Source: Limnochordales bacterium (GTDB lineage: Bacteria; Bacillota; Limnochordia; Limnochordales; ZCTH02-B6). From it: DNA of 40,723 bases. Each line of letters opens with the position of its first letter. Within the stretch, counting starts at the first letter, position 1. The DNA lies in contig DATCLD010000084.1 of the NCBI GenBank assembly GCA_036564115.1, positions 1 to 40,723 of the forward strand. The letters are read 5' to 3'. Of this stretch, positions 8,626 to 17,295 are shown one piece after another. Under the pieces are notes generated by a model, which saw only the letters and a list, made by a program, of their open reading frames with translations, searched no databases and was not told where the DNA came from. The translations under genes were made by a program, and so were the position numbers.

Positions 8626-10125
8626 ATGGAGCTACGTTCGCTGCTCGCCCACGTGCCTGAGTACACCCTGCTGCAGGGCGATCCGGCCCTCGAGATCGGG
8701 GGCATTGCGTACGACTCCCGGGAAGTACGCCCGGGGGATCTCTTTGTCTGCTGGCGAGGCTTGCGCTTTGACGGCCACGCTTTCGTCCAGGAGGCGCTGG
8801 CGCGGGGTGCCGTGGCCGTCGTCGCGGAGCGAGCGGTGGAAGGGGCGCCCGTCCAAGTGGTCGTGCCTGACGGGCGCGAGGCCTTGGCGCGGCTGTCAGC
8901 GGCGTTTTACGGGTTTCCTTCCCGGCGGCTCAGGCTCGTCGGCGTGACGGGCACCAACGGCAAGACGACGACAACGCACTTGATCAAGGCGGTACTGGAG
9001 GAAGCCGGTTACAAGGTAGGCCTGATCGGCACCATCCGTCACCTGATCGGCGACGAGGTGCTGGAATCCCACCGGACGACGCCCGAGTCGCTGGACCTGC
9101 AACGGCTGCTGTTTCATATGGCCGAGCGCGGGATGGACTATGCGGTGATGGAGGTGTCCTCCCACGCCTTGGCCTTGCGGCGGACGGTGGGCGCGGAGTA
9201 CGATGTGGCCGTCTTCACCAACATCACCCGGGACCATCTGGACTTCCACGAGTCGTTTGAGGACTACGCCGCGGCGAAGGCGCGCCTGTTCGCTTCTCTT
9301 GACCCCGGGGGGACCAAGCCCCGCAAGGCGGCTGTCATCAACATGGACGACCCTCAAGCGGGCCGGATGAGCGACGCCTGCCGGGTGCCCGCCATTGGGT
9401 ATGGCATCGGGCGGCGCACGGATGTGTATGCGGAAGACGTTATCGTACGACCGTCGGGCCTTTCCTATCGCGCCTACACCCCAGCAGGCGTGCTGCCGCT
9501 TCAGCTGCAGCTCACCGGCCGCTTCAACGTCTACAACTCCCTGGCCGCTGCGGCGGTGGCGTGGCACGAGGGCGTGCCGCTGGCGGCGATCCGCAAAGCC
9601 CTCGAGAAGGTGCCCGGCGTGCCGGGGAGGCTCGAGCGCGTCGACCGGGGCCAGGATTTCACGGTGCTGGTCGACTACGCGCATACGCCCGACAGCCTGG
9701 AAAACGCGCTGCAGACATGCCGTGGGTTCGCCCCGGGGCGGGTGCTGGTCGTCTTTGGCTGCGGCGGCGACCGGGACCGGGGCAAGCGCCCGGCCATGGG
9801 CGCGATCGCGGCGCGACTTGCCGATGTGGTCATCATCACCTCGGACAACCCCCGCAGCGAAGACCCGGAAGCCATCTGCCGCGAGGTGGAGGCGGGGGTG
9901 TTGGCTGCAGGCCGGCCGCCGGGAGGCTACCACGTGATCGTGGAGCGTCGGGAAGCGATCCGGGAGGCGATCCGGCTTGCCCAGCCGGGCGATATCGTCC
10001 TCATCGCAGGCAAGGGCCACGAGACGTACCAGGTTTTCCGCGACCGCACCGTGCACTTCGACGATCGCGAAGAAGCGGCCCACGCCCTAAAGGAGCGGTT
10101 TGGCGATGGAGCCTCTTCCGGTTGA
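8626..10125 (+). CDS. murE: UDP-N-acetylmuramoyl-L-alanyl-D-glutamate--2,6-diaminopimelate ligase
   Basis: Mur ligase P-loop GVTGTNGKTTT is present. The DNPR motif (TSDNPRSED) is characteristic of meso-DAP-adding MurE. ATG has an AGGAGG SD. Confidence 0.92.
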   Translation: MELRSLLAHVPEYTLLQGDPALEIGGIAYDSREVRPGDLFVCWRGLRFDGHAFVQEALARGAVAVVAERAVEGAPVQVVVPDGREALARLSAAFYGFPSRRLRLVGVTGTNGKTTTTHLIKAVLEEAGYKVGLIGTIRHLIGDEVLESHRTTPESLDLQRLLFHMAERGMDYAVMEVSSHALALRRTVGAEYDVAVFTNITRDHLDFHESFEDYAAAKARLFASLDPGGTKPRKAAVINMDDPQAGRMSDACRVPAIGYGIGRRTDVYAEDVIVRPSGLSYRAYTPAGVLPLQLQLTGRFNVYNSLAAAAVAWHEGVPLAAIRKALEKVPGVPGRLERVDRGQDFTVLVDYAHTPDSLENALQTCRGFAPGRVLVVFGCGGDRDRGKRPAMGAIAARLADVVIITSDNPRSEDPEAICREVEAGVLAAGRPPGGYHVIVERREAIREAIRLAQPGDIVLIAGKGHETYQVFRDRTVHFDDREEAAHALKERFGDGASSG

Positions 10126-11554
10126 TCTGATCGCCCAGGCCGCGGGCGGCCGCCTCATGTCGGGGGACCCCCGTACGCTGGTGCGGGGGGTGTCCACCGA
10201 CAGCCGGACACTGTCGCCGGGTGATCTCTTTGTCCCCCTCAAGGGCGAACGGTTTGACGGTCACGACTTTGTGCCGGACGCGCTGGCGCGGGGGGCGGCG
10301 GCGACGTTGTGGCAGCACGGACGGCCGTTCCCGTTCAGGGGCGGCGCGGGCGCGACCGCCAGCGGGCCGGGTGCGGGCCCCGGCGGCGCGGCCGTCATCG
10401 CGGTAGACGATCCGCTGTCGGCCTTGCACCGCCTGGCGTCCTGGTACCGGTCGCGGCTTGGCGCCCGGGTGGTCGCTGTGACGGGCAGCAACGGCAAGAC
10501 AACGACCAAGGACATGGCCGCGGCGGTCCTTTCCGTTCGCTGGTCCTTGGCCAAGTCCGCCGGCAACTACAACAACGAGGTCGGGCTGCCCTTGGCGGTC
10601 TTGGCCGCGCCGCGGGGCACCGCTGTGCTGGTGCTGGAGATGGGTATGCGGGGCCCCGGGCAAATCCGGCAGTTGGCCGAGATCGCCCGCCCGGACGTAG
10701 GGATCGTCACCAACGTCGGCCCCGTGCACCTCGAGCTCTTGGGGAGTATCGAGAACATCGCCAAGGCCAAGCAAGAGCTGGTCGAGGCCTTGCCCGGGGA
10801 CGGCTGGGCCGTGCTCAACGCCGACGACCCGCTGGTCCGGGCGATGGCCGGCGCGGCGCGGAGCCGGACGATCTTGTACGGCTGCGGGCCGGATGCGGAC
10901 GTACGGGCCAGCGCCGTGGTAAGCCGGGGCTTGGCAGGCCTCGAGTTTACGCTCCACTGGCGGGGCCAACGGCGCAGGGTGTCGGTGCCCGCGCCGGGAA
11001 GGCACAACGTGTACAACGCCCTGGCGGCCGCGGGCGCGGCGCTCGCTTTGGGCTTGACCCTGGATGAGGTGGCGCGGGGTCTGGCAGCGTTTCCCGAGCA
11101 CGCCTCCGCGATGCGCATGGAGTTGCGCGTGCGGCCCGATGGGGTGCAGGTCATCAACGACGCGTACAACGCGAGCCCCGCGTCCATGGCGGCGGCCCTG
11201 GAGCTTTTGCGGGAACTCGCTGGCGGCCGGCGCGTGGCGATTTTGGGAGACATGCTGGAACTCGGGCCCCTGAGCGAAGCGGCCCACCGGGAGGTGGGCC
11301 GGGTTGCCGCGGCGACGGGAGTCGACCAGTTGGCGGCCGTGGGCCGGTGGGCCGGCACGCTGGCGGCCGCGGCCGTGGAAGCGGGTCTCGCGGCGGAGCG
11401 GGTGGCTGCGTTTCCCGATGCGGAGGCGGCCGCAGCGTGGGCAACGACGTTTGTGCGCCCCGGCGACGTGGTGCTTGTGAAGGCGTCGCGGGGTTTGCGC
11501 CTGGAGCGGGTGGCCGCAGCGCTGCTTGCGGGCCAAGGCGGTGAATCATCGTGA
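10106..11554 (+). CDS. murF: UDP-N-acetylmuramoyl-tripeptide--D-alanyl-D-alanine ligase
   Basis: P-loop VTGSNGKTTTKDM and the typical MurF N-terminus (RGVSTDSRTLSPGDLFVPLKGERFDGHDF) are present. ATG is at 10106, with in-frame TTG 10100 as the alternative. The gene overlaps the murE 3' end. Confidence 0.9.
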   Translation: MEPLPVDLIAQAAGGRLMSGDPRTLVRGVSTDSRTLSPGDLFVPLKGERFDGHDFVPDALARGAAATLWQHGRPFPFRGGAGATASGPGAGPGGAAVIAVDDPLSALHRLASWYRSRLGARVVAVTGSNGKTTTKDMAAAVLSVRWSLAKSAGNYNNEVGLPLAVLAAPRGTAVLVLEMGMRGPGQIRQLAEIARPDVGIVTNVGPVHLELLGSIENIAKAKQELVEALPGDGWAVLNADDPLVRAMAGAARSRTILYGCGPDADVRASAVVSRGLAGLEFTLHWRGQRRRVSVPAPGRHNVYNALAAAGAALALGLTLDEVARGLAAFPEHASAMRMELRVRPDGVQVINDAYNASPASMAAALELLRELAGGRRVAILGDMLELGPLSEAAHREVGRVAAATGVDQLAAVGRWAGTLAAAAVEAGLAAERVAAFPDAEAAAAWATTFVRPGDVVLVKASRGLRLERVAAALLAGQGGESS

Positions 11555-12504
11555 CGACCATCATCTATCCGGCCGCTTTTGCTTTTGCCGTGGCGTTTGT
11601 GCTCGGGCCGGCCACCATCGGGTGGCTGCAGCGGCTGCGGGTTGGGCAGGTTGTCCGCCAGGACGGTCCCAAGACCCACCTCAAGAAGGCCGGCACGCCG
11701 ACGATGGGAGGGATCCTGATCATCGCCGGCGCCGTGGCGGCAACCGCCGCTTTCGCCCCGGATCCCTGGGCGTTGTGGCCGCTCCTTTTGGCGCTGGTGG
11801 GTTATGGCGCGGTGGGTTTTGTCGACGATCTGGCCAAGCTCCTCGCCCGCCGCTCGTTGGGACTTAAGGCCCGGCAAAAGTTGGTGCTGCAGTTTGGACT
11901 GGCCATCATTATCGCCTGGGCGGCCTTGAGCCGGGTTGGCCCTCACCTGCGCGTGCCCTTCATGGAGGGCCTGTGGACGGTGCCCGAGTGGCTGTACCTG
12001 CTGCTCGCCGTGGGGACGCTGGTCGGCACCGCCAACGCCGTCAACATCACCGATGGCCTCGACGGCCTGGCTGCGGGGTCGACAGCGGTGGCGGCCATCA
12101 CGATGGGCGTCGTCGCGCACGTGCTCGGATACGTCGATGTGGCCGTGTTTGCCGCGGCGATCGGGGGCGCGTGCCTCGGTTTTGCCTGGTTCAATGCGCA
12201 TCCGGCGCAAGTGATCATGGGCGACACGGGGGCTCTCGGCCTCGGAGGGGCCTTGGCCGCCGTGGCCCTGTTTACGGGCACGCCGCTGTTTCTGGTCATC
12301 GTCGGCGGGCTGTTTGTGGTGGAGACGCTCTCAGTCATCATTCAAGTGACCTACTTCCGCCTGACGGGCGGCCGCCGCGTCTTTCGCATGAGCCCGCTCC
12401 ACCATCACTTTGAGATCAGCGGGTGGGCGGAGCCCCAGGTGGTGACGCGCTTTTGGCTGGTGTGCCTGGCCTTCGCCGCGGCGGGTCTGTTGGGCCTGCG
12501 CTGA
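11551..12504 (+). CDS. mraY: Phospho-N-acetylmuramoyl-pentapeptide transferase
   Basis: Multi-TM protein with NAVNITDGLDGLA and MGDTGALGLGG motifs. Its GTG start overlaps the murF stop (GTGA). Confidence 0.95.
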   Translation: MTTIIYPAAFAFAVAFVLGPATIGWLQRLRVGQVVRQDGPKTHLKKAGTPTMGGILIIAGAVAATAAFAPDPWALWPLLLALVGYGAVGFVDDLAKLLARRSLGLKARQKLVLQFGLAIIIAWAALSRVGPHLRVPFMEGLWTVPEWLYLLLAVGTLVGTANAVNITDGLDGLAAGSTAVAAITMGVVAHVLGYVDVAVFAAAIGGACLGFAWFNAHPAQVIMGDTGALGLGGALAAVALFTGTPLFLVIVGGLFVVETLSVIIQVTYFRLTGGRRVFRMSPLHHHFEISGWAEPQVVTRFWLVCLAFAAAGLLGLR

Positions 12505-12505
12505 C

Positions 12506-12534
12506 GCATCGGGGCCGGGCGGGGTTCATACAAT
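12506..12534 (+). promoter_or_regulatory. Candidate sigmaE-type (mother-cell) promoter upstream of the SEDS gene
   Basis: CATACAAT (12527-12534) is an exact match to the B. subtilis sigmaE -10 consensus CATACAHT. GCATCGG lies 14 nt upstream and matches 4/5 of the -35 core ZHATA. This is a motif match only. Confidence 0.4.
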
Positions 12535-12564
12535 GGGGACGCGTAGCGTTCCGGAGGTGGAGCG

Positions 12565-13662
12565 GTGCAGCGGGCACCGGGTCGACCCGACGTCATCATT
12601 TTTGCCGCCGCCGTGGCGCTTTTGGCCATCGGCCTTCTCATGGTAACGAGCGCCGGGAGCGTGACGGGGCTCATCCAGTACGATGATCCGTACTATCATG
12701 CCAAGCGGCAGGCCGTGGTCGCGGTGGCGGGACTGGTAGCCATGGTGCTGTTGATGCGGATCGACTACAGGTTTTTCCGGCTGCTCACGGTGCCGCTCCT
12801 GGTCGCGGGATTTCTCGGCCTTGTGCTCGTCCTGTTTCTTGGGGCGGAGATCGGCGGGGCGCGCCGGTGGATCAGCCTCGGCGCGTTCAACGTCCAGCCT
12901 TCGGAGATCATGAAGTTTGCGCTGGTCAATTACTTGGCCGGCTTCGCCGCCGTGCGCAAAGGGCAGATCGCCGACTTTTTCCGCGGGCTTGTGCCGCCGC
13001 TTGTGGTCGTGGGCGCCGCGTTTGGGCTTGTCCTTCTGGAACCCGACTTCGGCACCGGCGTGGCCATGGTGGTCACCGCCTTTATCGTGCTGTTTGCCGC
13101 GGGGGCCCGGGTTGCCCACTTGCTTTTCGTAGGCCTGCTCAGCCTGCCGGGTTTGGGAGTCTTGATCTATATGGAGCCTTACCGCATGCGGCGGCTGCTC
13201 GCGTTCATCGACCCGTGGGCGGACCGGATGGACGCGGGCTGGAATGTGGTTCAGTCGCTTTTGGCCATCGGGTCCGGGGGGCTGTTTGGGCTTGGCCTCG
13301 GCGAGGGGAGGCAGAAGTACCTGTACGTTCCTGAGCAGCACACGGACTTCATCTTCGCGATCCTCGGAGAGGAACTGGGGTTCGCCGGCACGGCGACGGT
13401 GGTGCTCCTCTTTCTCGTGATAGCTTGGCGGGGTTACCGGGCGGCTTTGCGGGCCCCTGACGTGTACGGCTGCATTCTGGCGGTCGGGATTACGACGATG
13501 ATCGTGTTTCAGGCGCTGCTCAACATCGGTGTCGTGACCGGATCGCTGCCGGCCACCGGGATTACGCTGCCGTTCATCAGCTACGGGGGATCGTCCCTGC
13601 TCATGACGCTGGCGTCCGTGGGCATCCTCCTGAACATTTCCAGCCATGGAACCAGAGCGTAG
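12565..13662 (+). CDS. ftsW: SEDS-family peptidoglycan polymerase FtsW/SpoVE
   Basis: 10-TM SEDS protein with ILGEELGFAG and TGITLPFISYGGSS motifs. GTG at 12565 has a GGAGGTGG SD. It is the only SEDS gene in this cluster, so it may serve both FtsW and SpoVE roles. Confidence 0.9.
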   Translation: MQRAPGRPDVIIFAAAVALLAIGLLMVTSAGSVTGLIQYDDPYYHAKRQAVVAVAGLVAMVLLMRIDYRFFRLLTVPLLVAGFLGLVLVLFLGAEIGGARRWISLGAFNVQPSEIMKFALVNYLAGFAAVRKGQIADFFRGLVPPLVVVGAAFGLVLLEPDFGTGVAMVVTAFIVLFAAGARVAHLLFVGLLSLPGLGVLIYMEPYRMRRLLAFIDPWADRMDAGWNVVQSLLAIGSGGLFGLGLGEGRQKYLYVPEQHTDFIFAILGEELGFAGTATVVLLFLVIAWRGYRAALRAPDVYGCILAVGITTMIVFQALLNIGVVTGSLPATGITLPFISYGGSSLLMTLASVGILLNISSHGTRA

Positions 13663-14815
13663 GTTGCGCGTCCTCATCGCGGCCGGCGGCACCGGCGGCC
13701 ACATCTATCCCGGCATCACCATTGCCGAGACGCTGAAGGCCCGCCGGCCGGTTACTGAGATCTTGTTTGTCGGCACTTACCGGGGATTGGAGGCCGACAT
13801 CGTGCCCCGGGCAGGGTTTGCGTTTGCCGGCATCCCGGCCCACTACTTGCGCCGCCGCCTGTCCCTGGACGTGCTGCGCACCGGGTGGACAGCCCTCCGG
13901 GGCGTGGTGGAGGCCGCCCGCATTGTGCGCCGGTTTCGCCCCCATGTGGCGGTGGGCACGGGCGGCTACGTGTCCGGTCCCGCGATGGCTGCGGCGCTTC
14001 TGATGCGCGTGCCGGTCGTGCTCCAGGAGCAAAACGCGTACCCAGGCCTCACCAACCGGTTGCTGGGGCGGTTTGCCGCCTGCGTCGCCCTGGGCCATCC
14101 AGAGGCCAAGGCCTACCTGGGCGGCGGGACCCGGGCGGTGGTGACGGGCAATCCCATACGGCGGGACGTGTTAACCGCCACCCGCACCGCGGGGTTGTCC
14201 AAGTTTGGGCTGGACCCGGGTCGCAAGACGCTGCTTGTCTTCGGCGGCAGCCAAGGCGGGCGATCCATCAACCAGGCGCTGCTTGCAGCCGCACCGGTGC
14301 TTTTGGACAGGCTCGGGATCCAGATCCTGCACCAGACGGGCAAGGCCGGCTTTGCGGCCGTGGCGGAGGAGGCCGAGCGGCGCATGCGTGCAGCCGCCCC
14401 CGGCACGCCCGTGGTGCGCCGTGACGCGGAACATGTGGTTCTTGGCCGCTGGCACGTGGTGCCGTACATCCACGATATGCCCGCGGCCTACGCCGCCGCG
14501 GACCTGGTCGTCAGCCGGGCCGGGGCGATCACGCTGGCTGAAATCACGGCCCGCGGTTTGCCCGCGATCCTGGTGCCGTACCCATTCGCCGCCGAGGGTC
14601 ACCAGGACGCCAATGCGCGAGCGCTGGCTCAAGCCGGTGCGGCCGTGGTCGTGCAGGACAAGGATCTCAACGGGGATGTGCTGGTGGAACACGTGAGCGC
14701 GCTCATGGAGGACCCAGAGCGCCTAGCGCGGATGAGCACGGCCAGCCGCGCCCTGGCACGCCCCGAGGCGGCGGAGCACATCGCCGACCTGATCGAGCGG
14801 GCCGCTCGCGGCTGA
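13646..14815 (+). CDS. murG: UDP-N-acetylglucosamine--N-acetylmuramyl-(pentapeptide) pyrophosphoryl-undecaprenol GlcNAc transferase
   Basis: N-terminal GGTGGHIYPG motif and a GT28 C-terminal domain (LVVSRAGAITLAEI...PYP) are present. It overlaps the ftsW 3' end by 17 nt. Confidence 0.92.
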   Translation: MEPERRLRVLIAAGGTGGHIYPGITIAETLKARRPVTEILFVGTYRGLEADIVPRAGFAFAGIPAHYLRRRLSLDVLRTGWTALRGVVEAARIVRRFRPHVAVGTGGYVSGPAMAAALLMRVPVVLQEQNAYPGLTNRLLGRFAACVALGHPEAKAYLGGGTRAVVTGNPIRRDVLTATRTAGLSKFGLDPGRKTLLVFGGSQGGRSINQALLAAAPVLLDRLGIQILHQTGKAGFAAVAEEAERRMRAAAPGTPVVRRDAEHVVLGRWHVVPYIHDMPAAYAAADLVVSRAGAITLAEITARGLPAILVPYPFAAEGHQDANARALAQAGAAVVVQDKDLNGDVLVEHVSALMEDPERLARMSTASRALARPEAAEHIADLIERAARG

Positions 14816-14942
14816 GCCCGGCGACCTTGGACAGGCCGGGCTGTCCGGAGGCAAGAACAGGGGTTTTTGGGCATGCATAGAATGGAGTACTCGCCTGCGC
14901 CTGCCCCGTGATCCAGCCGGCCGCGCAGAAAGGGGACGCAGC

Positions 14943-16367
14943 ATGTCGCAGCAGAAAGTCCACTTCATCGGCATCGGCGGTGCAGGCATGAGCGGTCTCG
15001 CCCGGATCCTCTTGGCCCAAGGCGTCGCCGTGTCCGGCTCCGACTTGTCGGAATCGGCCGCCACGCAACGTTTGCGCGCCTTGGGCGCCCGCATCTACAT
15101 CGGCCACCGCGCCGCCCACGTGGAGAAGGAAACCCCCGACACCGTGGTGGTCTCGAGCGCCGTGCCAGCTGTCAACCCCGAGGTCGTGGCCGCCCGGGAA
15201 CGGGGCATCCCCATCGTCTCCCGCGGCGAACTGCTGGCGCGGCTGTTCAACGGCCGGTTTGGCATCGCCGTGGCCGGCACCCACGGCAAGACGACGACCA
15301 CATCCATGATCGCTTTGGTTCTCGAGCGGGCGGGCCTTGACCCCACCATCGCTGTCGGCGGCGAGCTGCGGGAGTTGGGCGGCAACGCCAAGCTTGGGCG
15401 GGGCCCGCACTTCGTGGCCGAAGCCGACGAGAGCGATCGCTCCTTTCTGCACCTGCGCCCCCGGATCGCGGTGGTGACCAACATCGAAGCCGACCACCTA
15501 GAAAACTACGGATCCACGGCGGACATCGTGCAGGCTTTCCGGGCCTTTGTCAGCCAGGTGCCGGCGGATGGGCTCGTGGTGCTGGGCACCGACGACCGCA
15601 ACGCGGCAAGCCTTGCCCCATTGCCGTGCCCGTGGGTTAGTTATGGGCTGAGGAGCCCGGCCGATTACACCGCTGGCGAAGTGCAGCTCAACGGCATGGG
15701 CAGCCGCGCCGTGGTGCTGGAGCGGGGCGAGGCCCTGGGCACGCTGGAACTCGCCGTGCCGGGCGTGCATAACATAGCTAATGCGCTCGCGGCCATTGCC
15801 GTCGGCCGCCGCCTGGGGCTCGCGTTTCCGGTTTTGGCCGAAGCGCTGGCCGCGTTCCGGGGCGCCAAGCGGCGGTTTGAAGTGCTGGGTGAGGCGCGGG
15901 GCGTCCTGGTGGTGGACGACTACGCCCACCACCCGACGGAAGTGCGTGCGACCCTGGCCGCGGCGAGGCAACTGGGCAGGCGGGTGGTGGCGGTCTTCCA
16001 GCCGCACCGGTACACCCGCACCCAGTTTCTCGGGCGGGAGCTCGCGGAAAGCTTCGGCGACGCTGACTGCGTCGTTTTGACCGATATATACGCTGCGCTG
16101 GAACGGCCCATACCCGGCGTCACCATCGACCGGGTGTATGAGGTGGCCCGGGCGGCCGCCGGTGACAAGGTGATCCTGGTGCGGGACAAGGACGCGATAC
16201 CGGGTTTCCTCCTGGGCCTCACCCGGCCAGGCGACCTTGTCATCACCTTAGGAGCAGGGGACGTCCGCCGGGTGGGGGAGCAGTTCCTGGCTCTGCTCCA
16301 GGCGGACCCGGCCCTGGTGGCCCATTTGACGCCACCGATCCCCAACCCGGGCGGCTCTGGGCAGTAA
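14943..16367 (+). CDS. murC: UDP-N-acetylmuramate--L-alanine ligase
   Basis: HFIGIGGAGMSGLA and GTHGKTTTTSM motifs are present. ATG has a GAAAGGGGA SD. Confidence 0.92.
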   Translation: MSQQKVHFIGIGGAGMSGLARILLAQGVAVSGSDLSESAATQRLRALGARIYIGHRAAHVEKETPDTVVVSSAVPAVNPEVVAARERGIPIVSRGELLARLFNGRFGIAVAGTHGKTTTTSMIALVLERAGLDPTIAVGGELRELGGNAKLGRGPHFVAEADESDRSFLHLRPRIAVVTNIEADHLENYGSTADIVQAFRAFVSQVPADGLVVLGTDDRNAASLAPLPCPWVSYGLRSPADYTAGEVQLNGMGSRAVVLERGEALGTLELAVPGVHNIANALAAIAVGRRLGLAFPVLAEALAAFRGAKRRFEVLGEARGVLVVDDYAHHPTEVRATLAAARQLGRRVVAVFQPHRYTRTQFLGRELAESFGDADCVVLTDIYAALERPIPGVTIDRVYEVARAAAGDKVILVRDKDAIPGFLLGLTRPGDLVITLGAGDVRRVGEQFLALLQADPALVAHLTPPIPNPGGSGQ

Positions 16368-16380
16368 GGGGGCGGGCCGG

Positions 16381-17289
16381 GTGAAAGACTTGGGCCGTGC
16401 CCTGGCGGAGCGCATCCGGGGCGAGATCCGGTTTTCCGAACCGTTGCACCGCTACACCAGCTTTCGCATCGGCGGACCGGCCGATATTTTTGTGTCACCC
16501 GCCTCGGTGGAAGACGTGGCCGCCGTCCAAGAAACGGCGGCCGCGTACGGCGTGCCCGTCACGGTCATCGGCGGCGGCAGCAACCTGCTGGTCGCTGACA
16601 CTGGCGTCAGGGGTGTCGTCATGCGCATCGGCCGGGGGTTGAGCCGGATCGAGTGGGATGGCGCCCGGGTGACGGCCGAGGCTGGGGCTCCCTTGCCCCT
16701 CCTGGCTAAGGAGGCGGTGCAGCGGGGGCTCACGGGGCTTGAGTTTGCCGGCGGCATTCCCGGCACCGTGGGCGGCGCCCTCGTCATGAACGCTGGTGCC
16801 CACGACGGGTGCATGGCCTACGTGGTGCGGCGGGTGTGGATCGTGGACGCGGCGGGGAACACGGCGGAACTGGATGCGAGCTCGATGGAGTTCGGGTATC
16901 GAGCCAGCCGCCTGCAACGGGAAAAGGGCTGGGTCGCGGTGCGGACGGAGATGGAACTGGTGCCGGGTGACCGGGAGGCGATTCAGGCCAAGATGATGGC
17001 CTATCTTGAGAAGCGCCGCCGCACCCAGCCGCTCGGGACCAAAAACGCCGGCAGCATCTTCAAGAATCCGCCCGGGGATTTCGCAGGCCGCCTCTTGGAG
17101 CAGGCGGGCTGCAAGGGGATGGCGGAAGGGGACGCGTACGTGTCTCCCGTGCACGCCAACTTCATCATCAACCGCGGTAGCGCCACCGCCGCCGACGTCT
17201 TGCGCCTCATCGAGCAGATGCGTTCCCGGGTGAAAGAGCGGTTTGGCATTGAGCTTGAGCTCGAAGTCAGGATGCTGGGCTTCGCCTGA
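16381..17289 (+). CDS. murB: UDP-N-acetylenolpyruvoylglucosamine reductase
   Basis: FAD-binding N-terminus (HRYTSFRIGGPADIF, GGGSNLLV) and the C-terminal GSIFKNP motif are present. Confidence 0.92.
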   Translation: MKDLGRALAERIRGEIRFSEPLHRYTSFRIGGPADIFVSPASVEDVAAVQETAAAYGVPVTVIGGGSNLLVADTGVRGVVMRIGRGLSRIEWDGARVTAEAGAPLPLLAKEAVQRGLTGLEFAGGIPGTVGGALVMNAGAHDGCMAYVVRRVWIVDAAGNTAELDASSMEFGYRASRLQREKGWVAVRTEMELVPGDREAIQAKMMAYLEKRRRTQPLGTKNAGSIFKNPPGDFAGRLLEQAGCKGMAEGDAYVSPVHANFIINRGSATAADVLRLIEQMRSRVKERFGIELELEVRMLGFA

Positions 17290-17295
17290 AGCGGG

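Noticed and set aside
14829-14846. Hairpin GGACAG-gccggg-CTGTCC after murG as a terminator splitting the dcw cluster.
   Set aside because: It has only a 6-bp stem and no adjacent U-tract; the T5 run lies 18 nt further on. The evidence is insufficient for an intrinsic terminator.
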